Made by a program: the position numbers and the translations under genes
Notes under the pieces: model-generated
Databases searched by the model: none
The model's input: only the letters and a program-made list of their open reading frames with translations
What the model was told of the DNA's origin: nothing
In this document: in pieces, positions 12,140 through 21,913 of the stretch
How positions within the stretch are numbered: position 1 is the first letter of the stretch
How the letters are laid out: each line of letters starts with the position of its first letter
Assembly: GCA_902583585.1 (NCBI GenBank)
Contig: CACHWN010000001.1
Span: forward strand, 32,831 to 96,830
Reading direction: 5' to 3'
Source of the DNA: an uncultured Pelagibacteraceae bacterium
GTDB taxonomy: Bacteria; Pseudomonadota; Alphaproteobacteria; Pelagibacterales; Pelagibacteraceae
Length of the DNA stretch: 64,000 nt

Positions 12140-12217
12140 GCGCCGGTAGCTTCAACTGGATAGAGCGCCGGATTTCGGCTCCGGAGGTTATGGGTTCGAC
12201 TCCTATCCGGCGCACCA
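12140..12217 (+). tRNA. tRNA-Arg, anticodon UCG
   Basis: Acceptor GCGCCGG/CCGGCGC-A-CCA; D-loop GGA (A20 Arg identity element); anticodon stem CCGGA/TCCGG with loop TT-TCG-GC; T-arm ATGGG-TTCGACT-CCTAT. Confidence 0.93.
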
Positions 12218-12221
12218 ATTT

Positions 12222-13019
12222 CTAAATTATCCATTTTGAATATTTTTCCTTGTTTTTTAAAATATACTCAGGATAACTAGAGTCCATTTCAATTTTTTTA
12301 AGCCTAAATCCTCTATTAAATATATCTTCGTTATTCAAAATTTTCTTTTTTATTGTATTTTCATTCATGTTCTCATCATAAAATTCTCCATGTGAAAAAG
12401 ACCTTATTTTATTTAAGATCTTATCTGGTGTTTGTAAAAAAGAAAAATGCCAACCTCCATTAATTATTTGAAGATTTCTTTTATCTATTCGCCAAAATGG
12501 ATATTTTTTAAATTTTAAATTTCTAAGTTCTTGCATTGATGATAAGTATTTTTTCTTTGTAATTCTTGAGCCAATCCAGTTACTTTCATCTAGATTTTGA
12601 AGATTTAGCTTATACATAAACATTTTTTGGGAGAAAGCGATAAACCTCTTATTATCTTTTATCTCATTAATCTTTTTAAGATCTGGTATCTCATCCGAGT
12701 CAGAGAGGATAATTAAATCATTAGGTGAAGCATCTTTTAAACCTTTAATTAAGCTATTTCTTTGATGCTGTTCAATTGGCGACTCTCCACCAGAATGAAA
12801 CTCAATTTTCTCTCCATCATAATCTGCTATAACAAATTTGATCTTTTTTTTAAATTTAGGAAATTTATCAGGATTAAAATTTATTTTTTTATTTTTTCCT
12901 TGGTGAGTTTTAGTCGATTCAGAAATGACAAAATAGTCGACATGATCGTTTAATATATTTAAACGAATATCAACCATGTGGTCTTCATTAAAATATTGAA
13001 AACAATCGTATATAGCCAT
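12222..13019 (-). CDS. Glycosyltransferase family 17 (GnT-III/MGAT3-like) protein
   Basis: YDCFQYFNE, VDYFVISES, EQHQRN, SDSDEIP (DxD), GGWHFSF motifs typical of GT17. Confidence 0.8.
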   Translation of the reverse strand: MAIYDCFQYFNEDHMVDIRLNILNDHVDYFVISESTKTHQGKNKKINFNPDKFPKFKKKIKFVIADYDGEKIEFHSGGESPIEQHQRNSLIKGLKDASPNDLIILSDSDEIPDLKKINEIKDNKRFIAFSQKMFMYKLNLQNLDESNWIGSRITKKKYLSSMQELRNLKFKKYPFWRIDKRNLQIINGGWHFSFLQTPDKILNKIRSFSHGEFYDENMNENTIKKKILNNEDIFNRGFRLKKIEMDSSYPEYILKNKEKYSKWII

Positions 13020-13954
13020 TAATTAAAATAAAGATCTTCAACCTTTTCTATTTCTTGATTTTGAATATTAAATTTTCTCATTATAATTTTAAGTAAATTT
13101 AATTGGCCAAAAATCAGCATTAAACTTAAAAATTTTGATTTTGAATTTAATATTGCTTTTTTACCCTCATCATTTGTAAAATTAGGTATGAAGATCATAT
13201 CCATTTCAGCTGGAATCCTAGTGTTATGACTACCTATACCTTTCCAATCAATTAAAACATAATTCATTTTATAAAGATAATTTAAAAGCTCATTCCAACT
13301 AGGTACATCTTTATACATTGAAAAAATATGGACCTCTAGCCTTATTAAAAGAGGATTATAATTACTCATACCTTTTAAAATTTCAAGTTCAGCGCCCTGT
13401 GTATCAATTTTTAAGTAGTCTAAATTTTTTATATTTATCTCTTGGAGTAAATTGTCTAGTGTATCGCATTGAACCTCATATTCTCGTGTGATGTCATAAT
13501 TCGAGTAATCTTTTTTCTTAATATTATGTAAATCGAAATTGTCTTTTTCAGGTAAATACATTGAGGAGCTTCCTGGTCTATTATCTAGAACAAATAACCT
13601 TTTTTTTTCTTTATTGCTCCATAACCCTTTATTAATTATTTGTTTTTTTTCTTCTAACTTATCACTATCTGTTTTTATTGGATCTACTAATATATCATCA
13701 AAGAAACAATGATATTTTTTAGAAAAAAAATTATCAGAGTTAAAACCACCTTGCGCTCCAACATCTAATGCTATGATTTTTTCATCTTTAATTATACTTT
13801 TAATAATAGATGAAAAATCATAATTATTATTACTAAAATAACTTTTTTCATTTAAAAAATTGATTACTCTTCTATTCAACTTAAATTTTAATAGTATCTT
13901 AAAAACTAAGGGTAAAATTTTTTTAATTAAGCTTCTTAAAATTCTTTTAAACAT
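13019..13954 (-). CDS. FkbM-family SAM-dependent methyltransferase
   Basis: LDVGAQGG SAM-binding motif; CDTLD...LKIDTQGAELEILKG. Confidence 0.85.
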   Translation of the reverse strand: MFKRILRSLIKKILPLVFKILLKFKLNRRVINFLNEKSYFSNNNYDFSSIIKSIIKDEKIIALDVGAQGGFNSDNFFSKKYHCFFDDILVDPIKTDSDKLEEKKQIINKGLWSNKEKKRLFVLDNRPGSSSMYLPEKDNFDLHNIKKKDYSNYDITREYEVQCDTLDNLLQEINIKNLDYLKIDTQGAELEILKGMSNYNPLLIRLEVHIFSMYKDVPSWNELLNYLYKMNYVLIDWKGIGSHNTRIPAEMDMIFIPNFTNDEGKKAILNSKSKFLSLMLIFGQLNLLKIIMRKFNIQNQEIEKVEDLYFN

Positions 13955-13968
13955 AACTTAAAAAATAT

Positions 13969-14676
13969 TTATTTTTTTGTAAAAGTTGTAAGACCTATTT
14001 TTTTTCCATCTATAATGGACGAAGAACAATGAAGGTTTGTCCTATCAAAAATAAGCATTGAACCTACTTCCCATTCATAAACTAATTCAATCTCTAGTCC
14101 AACAAGGTTATCTAACTTTTCGTGTGTAAGATATTTTTGGTGTAATTTTCCATTGAAAGGCTTGTTGCCAAACATTCCTATATGATCCGAAGATCTTATA
14201 TTCTGACCATATTTTAAGTCTTTTCTTTCCAACTCTTTCTTGTCAGTTGTAAAATTAGTTGATTGCCCATAGTATCTATTTTTAAATATAACCGTGCTTC
14301 CAACTGGAGTAAGTGGTATCAGACTTTGCTTATAGATAACATCATTAAAATTAAAGCCTCCGTCGATATGGAGACCTATTGGGTTATAACTTTCTTGAAA
14401 TAAGCCAAGTATATCTTTTCCATCATCTGTCTTAAGATTATCGTATTGAAAATCACCTATCTCATTACAAAGTCTCTCATAAAATAATCTTTCTAGATCT
14501 TTCCCATAATCAGTTAACCATCTTTTTTTTATTACATTTTGTTTTTTATTATGAATTGTAATAGGCAACTCGTTATACAATTCAAAGAATTTCTCAATTT
14601 CTCTCTTTGAAAAAATATTTTTTAAAATTTTTGGTGGGCTTTCGTTTTTTTTTATAATTTCAATTTGTTTATGCAT
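13969..14676 (-). CDS. Hypothetical protein, probable 2OG-Fe(II)/double-stranded beta-helix dioxygenase
   Basis: HxD (LHIDGG) plus distal His in GSMLIFDRTNLHCSS; fold assignment is from motif pattern only. Confidence 0.55.
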   Translation of the reverse strand: MHKQIEIIKKNESPPKILKNIFSKREIEKFFELYNELPITIHNKKQNVIKKRWLTDYGKDLERLFYERLCNEIGDFQYDNLKTDDGKDILGLFQESYNPIGLHIDGGFNFNDVIYKQSLIPLTPVGSTVIFKNRYYGQSTNFTTDKKELERKDLKYGQNIRSSDHIGMFGNKPFNGKLHQKYLTHEKLDNLVGLEIELVYEWEVGSMLIFDRTNLHCSSSIIDGKKIGLTTFTKK

Positions 14677-14678
14677 AA

Positions 14679-15470
14679 TTATTCACCCATATTAATTAGT
14701 GTCCCCCTTTTTTTTGCACCAAAATAAGAAATATAAAAAATTATAACACCAATTATGAAATATACTAATGATATAGAAATAGATTTTAAAATATTCAAAT
14801 AATTTACAGTATCATTTAATAAAATACTTCGCATTTCTTCAAAAATATGAACTAAAGGTAGACCTTTAGCTATAGTTTGAAGTAAATTTGGTAAAATTTC
14901 GATTGGATAATATATACATCCTAATGGAGCTAAAAAAAATAAACTTGCCCAAGCAATATTTTCAAAAGAAGGTCCATATCTCAAAAGTCCTGAAGTAACC
15001 AAAAGACCTAATGTTATGCCAAATAAATATAATGCTAATAATAAAAAGACCAGTGGCACTCCAAGTTTCAAGACAGAAACCCCGAATAAAGGAATAGCAA
15101 TCAACACAGCTGGAATCAAACCAATTAAAGTTCTTAATATAGCTGTTAAAGTAAGAGCAGCAATAATCTCTCTAATTTTTAAGGGAGCAATGAATAGGTT
15201 TGTAAAATTTCTACTCCATATTTCCTCTAGAAACATCATGTTAAAACTTATACTAGCCCGAAATAAAAAATCATATAATATGGCTGCTGTGAGTATTACA
15301 CCTACAGTGTTACTATAGTACTCGGAATTAAGAGTAAAAAATTTTGATATAAACCCCCACAAGAAAATTTGTACTGTAGGCCAATAAATTAGATCTAGAA
15401 CTCTTGGAAAAGAATTCATGATTAAGTATAGATGTCTTAAACCTAATGCATAAATTTTACTAAAATTCAT
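14679..15470 (-). CDS. ABC-2 type exporter permease
   Basis: About six hydrophobic helices, YYPIEILPxxLQ motif; adjacent to an ABC ATPase. Confidence 0.88.
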   Translation of the reverse strand: MNFSKIYALGLRHLYLIMNSFPRVLDLIYWPTVQIFLWGFISKFFTLNSEYYSNTVGVILTAAILYDFLFRASISFNMMFLEEIWSRNFTNLFIAPLKIREIIAALTLTAILRTLIGLIPAVLIAIPLFGVSVLKLGVPLVFLLLALYLFGITLGLLVTSGLLRYGPSFENIAWASLFFLAPLGCIYYPIEILPNLLQTIAKGLPLVHIFEEMRSILLNDTVNYLNILKSISISLVYFIIGVIIFYISYFGAKKRGTLINMGE

Positions 15471-16191
15471 CTTTACTCCTTGCTAATTTTAAAAATGTTT
15501 CCTCTAAGTTATTTCTCCCATGTTTTTGAATTAATTCATTGCAAGTACCGCTATCAATAATTTTTCCTGACCTCATCATAATAATACTATTACAAAGCCG
15601 CTCCACCTCATTCATATTATGCGAAGCTAATAAAATTGTAATTTTATTTTTCATTTTATATTCTTGAATGTAACTTCTTATAAAATCTCCAATATCTGGA
15701 TCTAAACTTGCAGTTGGTTCATCCAAAAGAAGAATTTCTGGTTTATTTATTAGAGATTTGGCTAATGAAACTCTATTTTTTTGACCTGAAGATAATTCCC
15801 CAGTTTTCCTTCTGAAAAAACTTTTAATATCTAAGTCACTTGAAATTTCATTTATCCGATTTTCTAAGTTTTCAATTCCATATAATCTTCCGTAGATTTC
15901 AAGATTTTGTTTCACAGTTAATTTTTTTGGCAGCTCAACATAAGGTGAGGCAAAGTTAAATCTTTTTAAGATTTCATCTCTTTTAAAAGAATTCATATTT
16001 TTATTTTCAATTAAAATTTCACCCTCAGTGGGTGACACAAGACCAAGCATCATACCAATAGTTGTTGTTTTTCCACAACCATTTGGGCCGAGTAAACCAA
16101 TAGTTTTGTGTTTTTCGATTTGAAAGTTAATTTTGTTTACAGCCAAAAATTTACCATAAATCTTGCTTAAATTTTTAATTTCAATAAACAT
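15460..16191 (-). CDS. ABC exporter ATP-binding protein
   Basis: Walker A GPNGCGKTT, signature LSSGQ, Walker B LLLDEP, H-loop SH. Confidence 0.93.
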   Translation of the reverse strand: MFIEIKNLSKIYGKFLAVNKINFQIEKHKTIGLLGPNGCGKTTTIGMMLGLVSPTEGEILIENKNMNSFKRDEILKRFNFASPYVELPKKLTVKQNLEIYGRLYGIENLENRINEISSDLDIKSFFRRKTGELSSGQKNRVSLAKSLINKPEILLLDEPTASLDPDIGDFIRSYIQEYKMKNKITILLASHNMNEVERLCNSIIMMRSGKIIDSGTCNELIQKHGRNNLEETFLKLARSKDEF

Positions 16192-17138
16192 TATTTAGAC
16201 GCTCTCTTTAAACGATCATTTATAGCTAAGCCCGGTCCCACGTTTGGTATTTTTGATACAAAAATTTTTTTGAATTTTTTATTTTTAATTTCTCTCATAA
16301 TTTTGTATAAATTAGCTGCAGCTTCTTTCAAGTCAGCTTTTTTACTCAAATTGAAATAATTACTAATATTTTTATGTTTTGGTCCAAAAACTATGTAAGC
16401 CTCGTTAGATTTTGAGGGTTTACCCCCAATTTTTATCGGTATTCCTGGTGAGTAATGTCTTTGAAGCATTCCTGGAGCTTTAATTTTTGACTTTTTTTTT
16501 GAAAAATTAATTTTCACAAACTTTTTAATTTTATTTTCACTAATTATTCCATGTCTTAATATTTTTGGCTTCCCAGTTAAATCAATTACTGTTGACTCAA
16601 TGCCTATCTTTGATCTGCCTCCATCAATAATGATATCAATTTTTTTCTTGAATTCTTCAAACACGCCATAAGCATCTATAGGGCTCAGGCCTGATGAAAC
16701 ATTAGCACTTGGCATCGCAAGTGGAAAATTAATTTGTTTAAGTATCGATCTGATTATTCTATGATTTGGAAATCTTATTGCAACTGTTTTTAAATTTGCA
16801 GTCGCTATTGAAGATATTTTAGATTTAAATTTTTTTTTTAAAATAAAGGTAATTGGACCAGGACAAAATTTTTTATAAAGTTTGTAAAATTGATTGTTAA
16901 AAACTATATCTTTTTCAGCGTCTTTTATATTATAATAGTGAATTATAAGAGGATTTATCTTAGGTCTTTTTTTTAAATTATAAATCTTTTTTATGGCCTT
17001 TTCTGAATATGCATTTCCTGCCAATCCATAAACAGTCTCAGTGGGTAATCCAGCTATATTACCCCCATCTAGAGACTTAATAGTTTTAAAAAGTACTTTT
17101 TTATTAAAAGAATAAATATTTGAATATATGTTTTTCAT
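16191..17138 (-). CDS. sua5: Threonylcarbamoyl-AMP synthase, Sua5 type (YrdC plus C-terminal domain)
   Basis: PTETVYGL, KxRPxxNPLI, PSANxS, APGMLxRHYSP linker. Confidence 0.92.
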   Translation of the reverse strand: MKNIYSNIYSFNKKVLFKTIKSLDGGNIAGLPTETVYGLAGNAYSEKAIKKIYNLKKRPKINPLIIHYYNIKDAEKDIVFNNQFYKLYKKFCPGPITFILKKKFKSKISSIATANLKTVAIRFPNHRIIRSILKQINFPLAMPSANVSSGLSPIDAYGVFEEFKKKIDIIIDGGRSKIGIESTVIDLTGKPKILRHGIISENKIKKFVKINFSKKKSKIKAPGMLQRHYSPGIPIKIGGKPSKSNEAYIVFGPKHKNISNYFNLSKKADLKEAAANLYKIMREIKNKKFKKIFVSKIPNVGPGLAINDRLKRASK

Positions 17139-17144
17139 AATGTA

Positions 17145-17152
17145 ATTATAAT
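17145..17152. promoter_or_regulatory. Overlapping bidirectional -10 element (ATTATAAT)
   Basis: TATAAT on + lies 7 nt before the xseB ATG; TATAAT on - lies 6 nt before the sua5 ATG; no room for SD sequences. Confidence 0.6.
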
Positions 17153-17159
17153 TTGATTT

Positions 17160-17375
17160 ATGAAAACTGAAAATATTCCAGCTGACATTAAAAGTAAATC
17201 ATTAAAAGAAGCTAGGGATGAAATAGATGAAATACTTGCTAAGTTGGAAACTCAGAATATAGATTTAAGCAATACTGAAAAAATGTACAAAAGATTATTA
17301 ATTTTAAATAAGCATGTAGAAAATCTTTTTAAGATTAAATCAAAAGGGATGTCCGAAAACAAAGATCTAAAATGA
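17160..17375 (+). CDS. xseB: Exodeoxyribonuclease VII small subunit
   Basis: Short helical protein (SLKEARDEIDEILAKLE); xseB-ispA-dxs synteny. Confidence 0.8.
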   Translation: MKTENIPADIKSKSLKEARDEIDEILAKLETQNIDLSNTEKMYKRLLILNKHVENLFKIKSKGMSENKDLK

Positions 17376-18247
17376 TAGTTAATAAATTAGATAAGAATGC
17401 AAAAAAAATTGATAGATTTTTAATAAATTTCTTAAAAAAACAAAAAAAATCCTTTTTAGTCACCCCAATGAAATACGGTGTAATTTCCGGAGGAAAAAAA
17501 ATAAGATCAACTATAATTTTTGATACTGGGAAATTATTTAAAATAAAGGAAAGAAGACTTGTAGATATTTGTGCAGCGGTAGAGTGTATTCATTCATATT
17601 CATTAATTCATGATGATCTACCATGTATGGATAATGACTCAATTAGAAGAGGGAAACCTTCTACACATAAAAAATTTGGCGAGTCGACAGCAGTATTAGC
17701 CGGCAATTCATTACTCACTTTAGCATTTGAAATTATTTCAAACAAAAATAATTCACTTTCACTTAAGCAAAAAAATGAAATTATAAGATTGTTATCAAAT
17801 TTTGCAGGGCACACTGGTATTGCTGGTGGCCAAGAATTAGATTTGAGATTTGAAAAAAAAAATAAATCTTTAAATCAAATAATCGATATGCAAAGAAAAA
17901 AAACCGGTAAGTTATTTAATTTTTGCCTACAATCAGCTGCAATTGTAGGAAATAAAAGTAATACTGAAAAAATAAGATTTGGAAAACTTGGTGAAGAAAT
18001 AGGTTTATTATTTCAACTGTCGGATGATTTCTTGGATGTTAGCGGATCAAAAAAATTAGTTGGAAAATCAATTAAAAAAGATAAAAAAAAAGGAAAGTCT
18101 ACTCTAATTAATTATATGGGATATGTAAAAACATTAAGGTTTGCAGAAAAATTAAAAAAAAAAATATTGCTTAATTTAAAAAAACATGGAAAAAATGCTA
18201 AAGATTTGAACGATACTATAGAATTTATACAAAAAAGAAATTTTTAA
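17372..18247 (+). CDS. ispA: Farnesyl diphosphate synthase
   Basis: [31 protein letters not shown]. Confidence 0.92.
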   Translation: MIVNKLDKNAKKIDRFLINFLKKQKKSFLVTPMKYGVISGGKKIRSTIIFDTGKLFKIKERRLVDICAAVECIHSYSLIHDDLPCMDNDSIRRGKPSTHKKFGESTAVLAGNSLLTLAFEIISNKNNSLSLKQKNEIIRLLSNFAGHTGIAGGQELDLRFEKKNKSLNQIIDMQRKKTGKLFNFCLQSAAIVGNKSNTEKIRFGKLGEEIGLLFQLSDDFLDVSGSKKLVGKSIKKDKKKGKSTLINYMGYVKTLRFAEKLKKKILLNLKKHGKNAKDLNDTIEFIQKRNF

Positions 18248-20163
18248 TGGTTAGACTTATAAAAAAAATAAATTTCCCTTCAGATTTAAGAAAATTTAAA
18301 AAAGAAAACTTAAAGCAAATTAGTGAGGAGTTAAGAGATGAACTAATTGAGGTAGTCTCTGAGACAGGTGGACATCTAGGAGCGGGATTAGGTGTAGTTG
18401 AGCTAACAGTTGCATTGCATTATGTATTTGATACCCCAAAAGATAAATTAGTTTGGGATGTAAGTCATCAGTGCTATCCACACAAAATCATAACTGGTAG
18501 GCGAGATAGAATTAAAACTTTAAGAAAAGGAGGTGGGTTATCAGGTTTTACCAAAAGAACGGAGAGCGAGTATGATCCATTTGGTGCAGCTCATAGTTCG
18601 ACTTCAATCTCCTCAACTTTAGGAATGTCGGTAGCTCAAAAATTATCAAATAACAAAAATAATGTGATAGCTGTTATTGGAGATGGAGCTATGAGTGCTG
18701 GAATGGCATACGAAGCGATGAATAATGCAGGAGCTTTAAAATCTAATTTGATTGTAGTTTTGAATGATAATGACATGTCCATTGCAAGACCAGTAGGAGC
18801 AATGAGCAAATATTTAGCTAATTTGTTATCTGGAAAATTATATTTCAGTTTTAGAGAAACAATAAAAATGATTATTTCCGCTTTTTCAAAAAGATTTAGT
18901 CAAAAAGCTGGTAAAGCTGAAGACATGTTAAGAAACATGGTAACTGGAGGCACACTATTTAGTGAATTAGGATTTTATTATATCGGTCCTATTGATGGAC
19001 ATGATGTAGAAAATTTAGTGCAGATATTTGAGAATGTTAAAAGTTCAAGCCATCAAGGTCCGGTGCTTATACATGTAAGAACTCAAAAAGGCAAAGGTTA
19101 CAAACCTGCTGAAGAGTCAGGAGATAAATATCATGGTGTATCAAAATTTAATGTTTTAACAGGAGAGCAGTCAAAGTCAAAATCAAACACTCCAGCATAT
19201 ACTAAGGTTTTCGCAGAAACATTAATCAAACACGCTGAACAGGATACGAAAATAGTGGGAATAACAGGGGCAATGCCATCAGGAACTGGTTTAAACTTAT
19301 TTCAAAAGAAGTTTCCAGACAGAACTTTTGATGTTGGAATAGCCGAACAACATGCAGTGACTTTTGCTGCAGGATTGGCAACCGAGGGATATAAACCTTA
19401 CGCAGCTATTTACTCAACTTTTTTACAAAGAGCTTATGATCAGGTTGTACACGATGTTGCTTTACAATCTCTTCCAGTAAGATTTGCTATAGATAGAGCC
19501 GGCTTGGTTGGAGCAGATGGACCAACTCATGCAGGCTCGTTTGACATTACTTATTTGTCTACTTTGCCAAATTTTATTGTAATGGCTGCAAGCGATGAAG
19601 CTGAACTTGTAAAGATGATTAATACTTCAATTGATATCAATGATAGACCTTCAGCTTTTAGGTATCCAAGAGGAAATGGCATAGGTGTCGATTTACCGTC
19701 AATAAAAGAAAAATTAGCAATTGGAAAAGCAAGAATTATTAAAGAGGGTAAAAAAGTAGCTTTATTAAATTTTGGAACAAGGCTCGAAGAATGTAAAAAA
19801 GCATCAGAACAACTTTCTATAAAAGGTATTAATTGTACAATTATAGATGCAAGATTTGCAAAACCTCTAGATGAAAAATTGATTATGGAAGTTGCAACTA
19901 ATCATGAGGTTTTAATAACAATTGAAGAAGGCTCAGTAGGAGGCTTTGGATCGCATGTTATGCAACTGTTATCTGAAAGAGGTGTCTTTGACACCGGCTT
20001 AAAATTTAGGTCTATGATTTTACCAGATATTTTTATCGACCAAGATACTCCTGATAAAATGTACGAGATAGCTGGTTTAGATAAACTTTCAATTATTAAA
20101 AAAGTCGAAGAGACTTTAAATTCTAATATAATTTTAGCTAGAAATAAAAATAAAATATTCTAA
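18247..20163 (+). CDS. dxs: 1-deoxy-D-xylulose-5-phosphate synthase
   Basis: [43 protein letters not shown]. Confidence 0.97.
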   Translation: MVRLIKKINFPSDLRKFKKENLKQISEELRDELIEVVSETGGHLGAGLGVVELTVALHYVFDTPKDKLVWDVSHQCYPHKIITGRRDRIKTLRKGGGLSGFTKRTESEYDPFGAAHSSTSISSTLGMSVAQKLSNNKNNVIAVIGDGAMSAGMAYEAMNNAGALKSNLIVVLNDNDMSIARPVGAMSKYLANLLSGKLYFSFRETIKMIISAFSKRFSQKAGKAEDMLRNMVTGGTLFSELGFYYIGPIDGHDVENLVQIFENVKSSSHQGPVLIHVRTQKGKGYKPAEESGDKYHGVSKFNVLTGEQSKSKSNTPAYTKVFAETLIKHAEQDTKIVGITGAMPSGTGLNLFQKKFPDRTFDVGIAEQHAVTFAAGLATEGYKPYAAIYSTFLQRAYDQVVHDVALQSLPVRFAIDRAGLVGADGPTHAGSFDITYLSTLPNFIVMAASDEAELVKMINTSIDINDRPSAFRYPRGNGIGVDLPSIKEKLAIGKARIIKEGKKVALLNFGTRLEECKKASEQLSIKGINCTIIDARFAKPLDEKLIMEVATNHEVLITIEEGSVGGFGSHVMQLLSERGVFDTGLKFRSMILPDIFIDQDTPDKMYEIAGLDKLSIIKKVEETLNSNIILARNKNKIF

Positions 20164-21246
20164 TTAACCACATTGTGCTCTGTTCATTAAAAAATGATCT
20201 AAAAGAACACAATTCATCATTGCTTCACCTATAGGCACAGCTCTTATGCCTACACAAGGATCATGTCTTCCTTTTACAGAAATCTTTGTGTTTTTACCTT
20301 TTTTATCTATTGTACTTCTGCTTGTTAAAATTGATGAAGTAGGTTTGACAGCAAAAGAGGCTACTATACTCTGTCCAGAAGAAATTCCACCTAAGATTCC
20401 CCCCGCTTGATTAGATTTGAATTTAACTCTTCCTGAATTTTTACTCATTTCATCGGAGTTTTCTTCTCCACTTAAAAAAGCTGCGTTCATACCTGCTCCA
20501 ATATTAACTCCTTTAACTGCATTGATGCTCATTAAAGCCGCAGCTATATCTGTATCTAATTTTGAGTAAATTGGAGCTCCTAACCCCACTGGAATTCCAG
20601 TTGCTCTTAACTCTATAATCGCACCACAAGACGACCCAGCTTTTCTTACAGCTAAAAGATATTTTTCCCAAAGTTTAACAGATTTTTTATCAGGACAGAA
20701 AAAAGGATTTTTTCTTATCTCACTGTCTTTCCAATTTGATTTATCACAAGACATCAATCCTAACTGAGTTACTGCACCTATAACATTAAATTTTGACCCA
20801 ATTACTTTTTTTAACACAATTTTTGCTACAGCGCCCGCTGCAACTCTACAAGCAGTCTCTCTTGCAGATTGTCTTCCGCCTCCCCTAAAATCACGTATTC
20901 CATATTTTTTAAAATATGTATAATCGGCGTGACCGGGTCTGAATTTATTTTTTATTGTTTCATAGTCTCTAGATCTTTTGTCTTCATTATGAATGATGAT
21001 AGAGATAGGTGTGCCAGTTGTCTTGCCTTCAAAAACTCCAGATAAAATCATAGCTTTATCCGACTCTTTTCTTTGTGTTGTAAATTTTGACTGACCGGGT
21101 CTTCTTCTATCCATATCAATTTGAATATCTTTCTCAGATATGGGTATATTTGGAGGGCAACCATCGATAACACAGCCAATAGACGGCCCATGGGACTCCC
21201 CCCATGTGGTAAACCTAAAAATTTTTCCAAAAGTATTAAAAGACAT
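20164..21246 (-). CDS. aroC: Chorismate synthase
   Basis: [29 protein letters not shown]. Confidence 0.97.
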   Translation of the reverse strand: MSFNTFGKIFRFTTWGESHGPSIGCVIDGCPPNIPISEKDIQIDMDRRRPGQSKFTTQRKESDKAMILSGVFEGKTTGTPISIIIHNEDKRSRDYETIKNKFRPGHADYTYFKKYGIRDFRGGGRQSARETACRVAAGAVAKIVLKKVIGSKFNVIGAVTQLGLMSCDKSNWKDSEIRKNPFFCPDKKSVKLWEKYLLAVRKAGSSCGAIIELRATGIPVGLGAPIYSKLDTDIAAALMSINAVKGVNIGAGMNAAFLSGEENSDEMSKNSGRVKFKSNQAGGILGGISSGQSIVASFAVKPTSSILTSRSTIDKKGKNTKISVKGRHDPCVGIRAVPIGEAMMNCVLLDHFLMNRAQCG

Positions 21247-21280
21247 AGATAATTAATGTATAAATTATTTTATAGAAATT

Positions 21281-21913
21281 ATGAATCAAAAAAATGGCAA
21301 AAATTCACTAGGTTTAGATATTATCTTTGAAGATATAGATAATCCTATAGATTTGTTTAAAAAATGGTTTTCTAAAGCAGAAGAGGCCGAAATTAATGAC
21401 CCAAATGCTGTTGCAGTCGCAACTGTAAATAAACATTATCAGCCTAATGTTAGGATGGTTCTTCTTAAAGGTTTAAGTAATAAAGGATTTGTTTTTTATA
21501 CTAATTTTAATAGTAAAAAAGGAAATGAACTTAAAGAAAATCAAAAAGCCTCAATGTGCTTCCATTGGAAAAGTTTAAGACGTCAAGTAAGAGCTATTGG
21601 AAAAGTAGAGGAGGTTTCAACTAAAGAGGCCGATGATTATTTTAACTCTCGACCATACAAAAATAGAATTGGCGCATGGGCTTCATCACAATCGGCAATT
21701 TTAGACAAAAGAGAAACATTTACTAATAAGATTAAACAATTTGAAAAAAAATTTCCTGATGAAAAAAATGTGCCAAGACCTCCACACTGGTCTGGATGGA
21801 GGTTACTACCAGAAGAAATAGAATTTTGGTTAGATGGCGAGGGTAGAATACATGAGAGATTAAATTATAGAAAAAAAAATGGAAGTTGGGAAAAAGAACT
21901 TCTTTATCCTTAA
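21281..21913 (+). CDS. pdxH: Pyridoxine/pyridoxamine 5'-phosphate oxidase
   Basis: RMVLLK, FYTNFNSKKG, RQVR, PxPxxWxG, EFW, RxHER. Confidence 0.94.
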   Translation: MNQKNGKNSLGLDIIFEDIDNPIDLFKKWFSKAEEAEINDPNAVAVATVNKHYQPNVRMVLLKGLSNKGFVFYTNFNSKKGNELKENQKASMCFHWKSLRRQVRAIGKVEEVSTKEADDYFNSRPYKNRIGAWASSQSAILDKRETFTNKIKQFEKKFPDEKNVPRPPHWSGWRLLPEEIEFWLDGEGRIHERLNYRKKNGSWEKELLYP

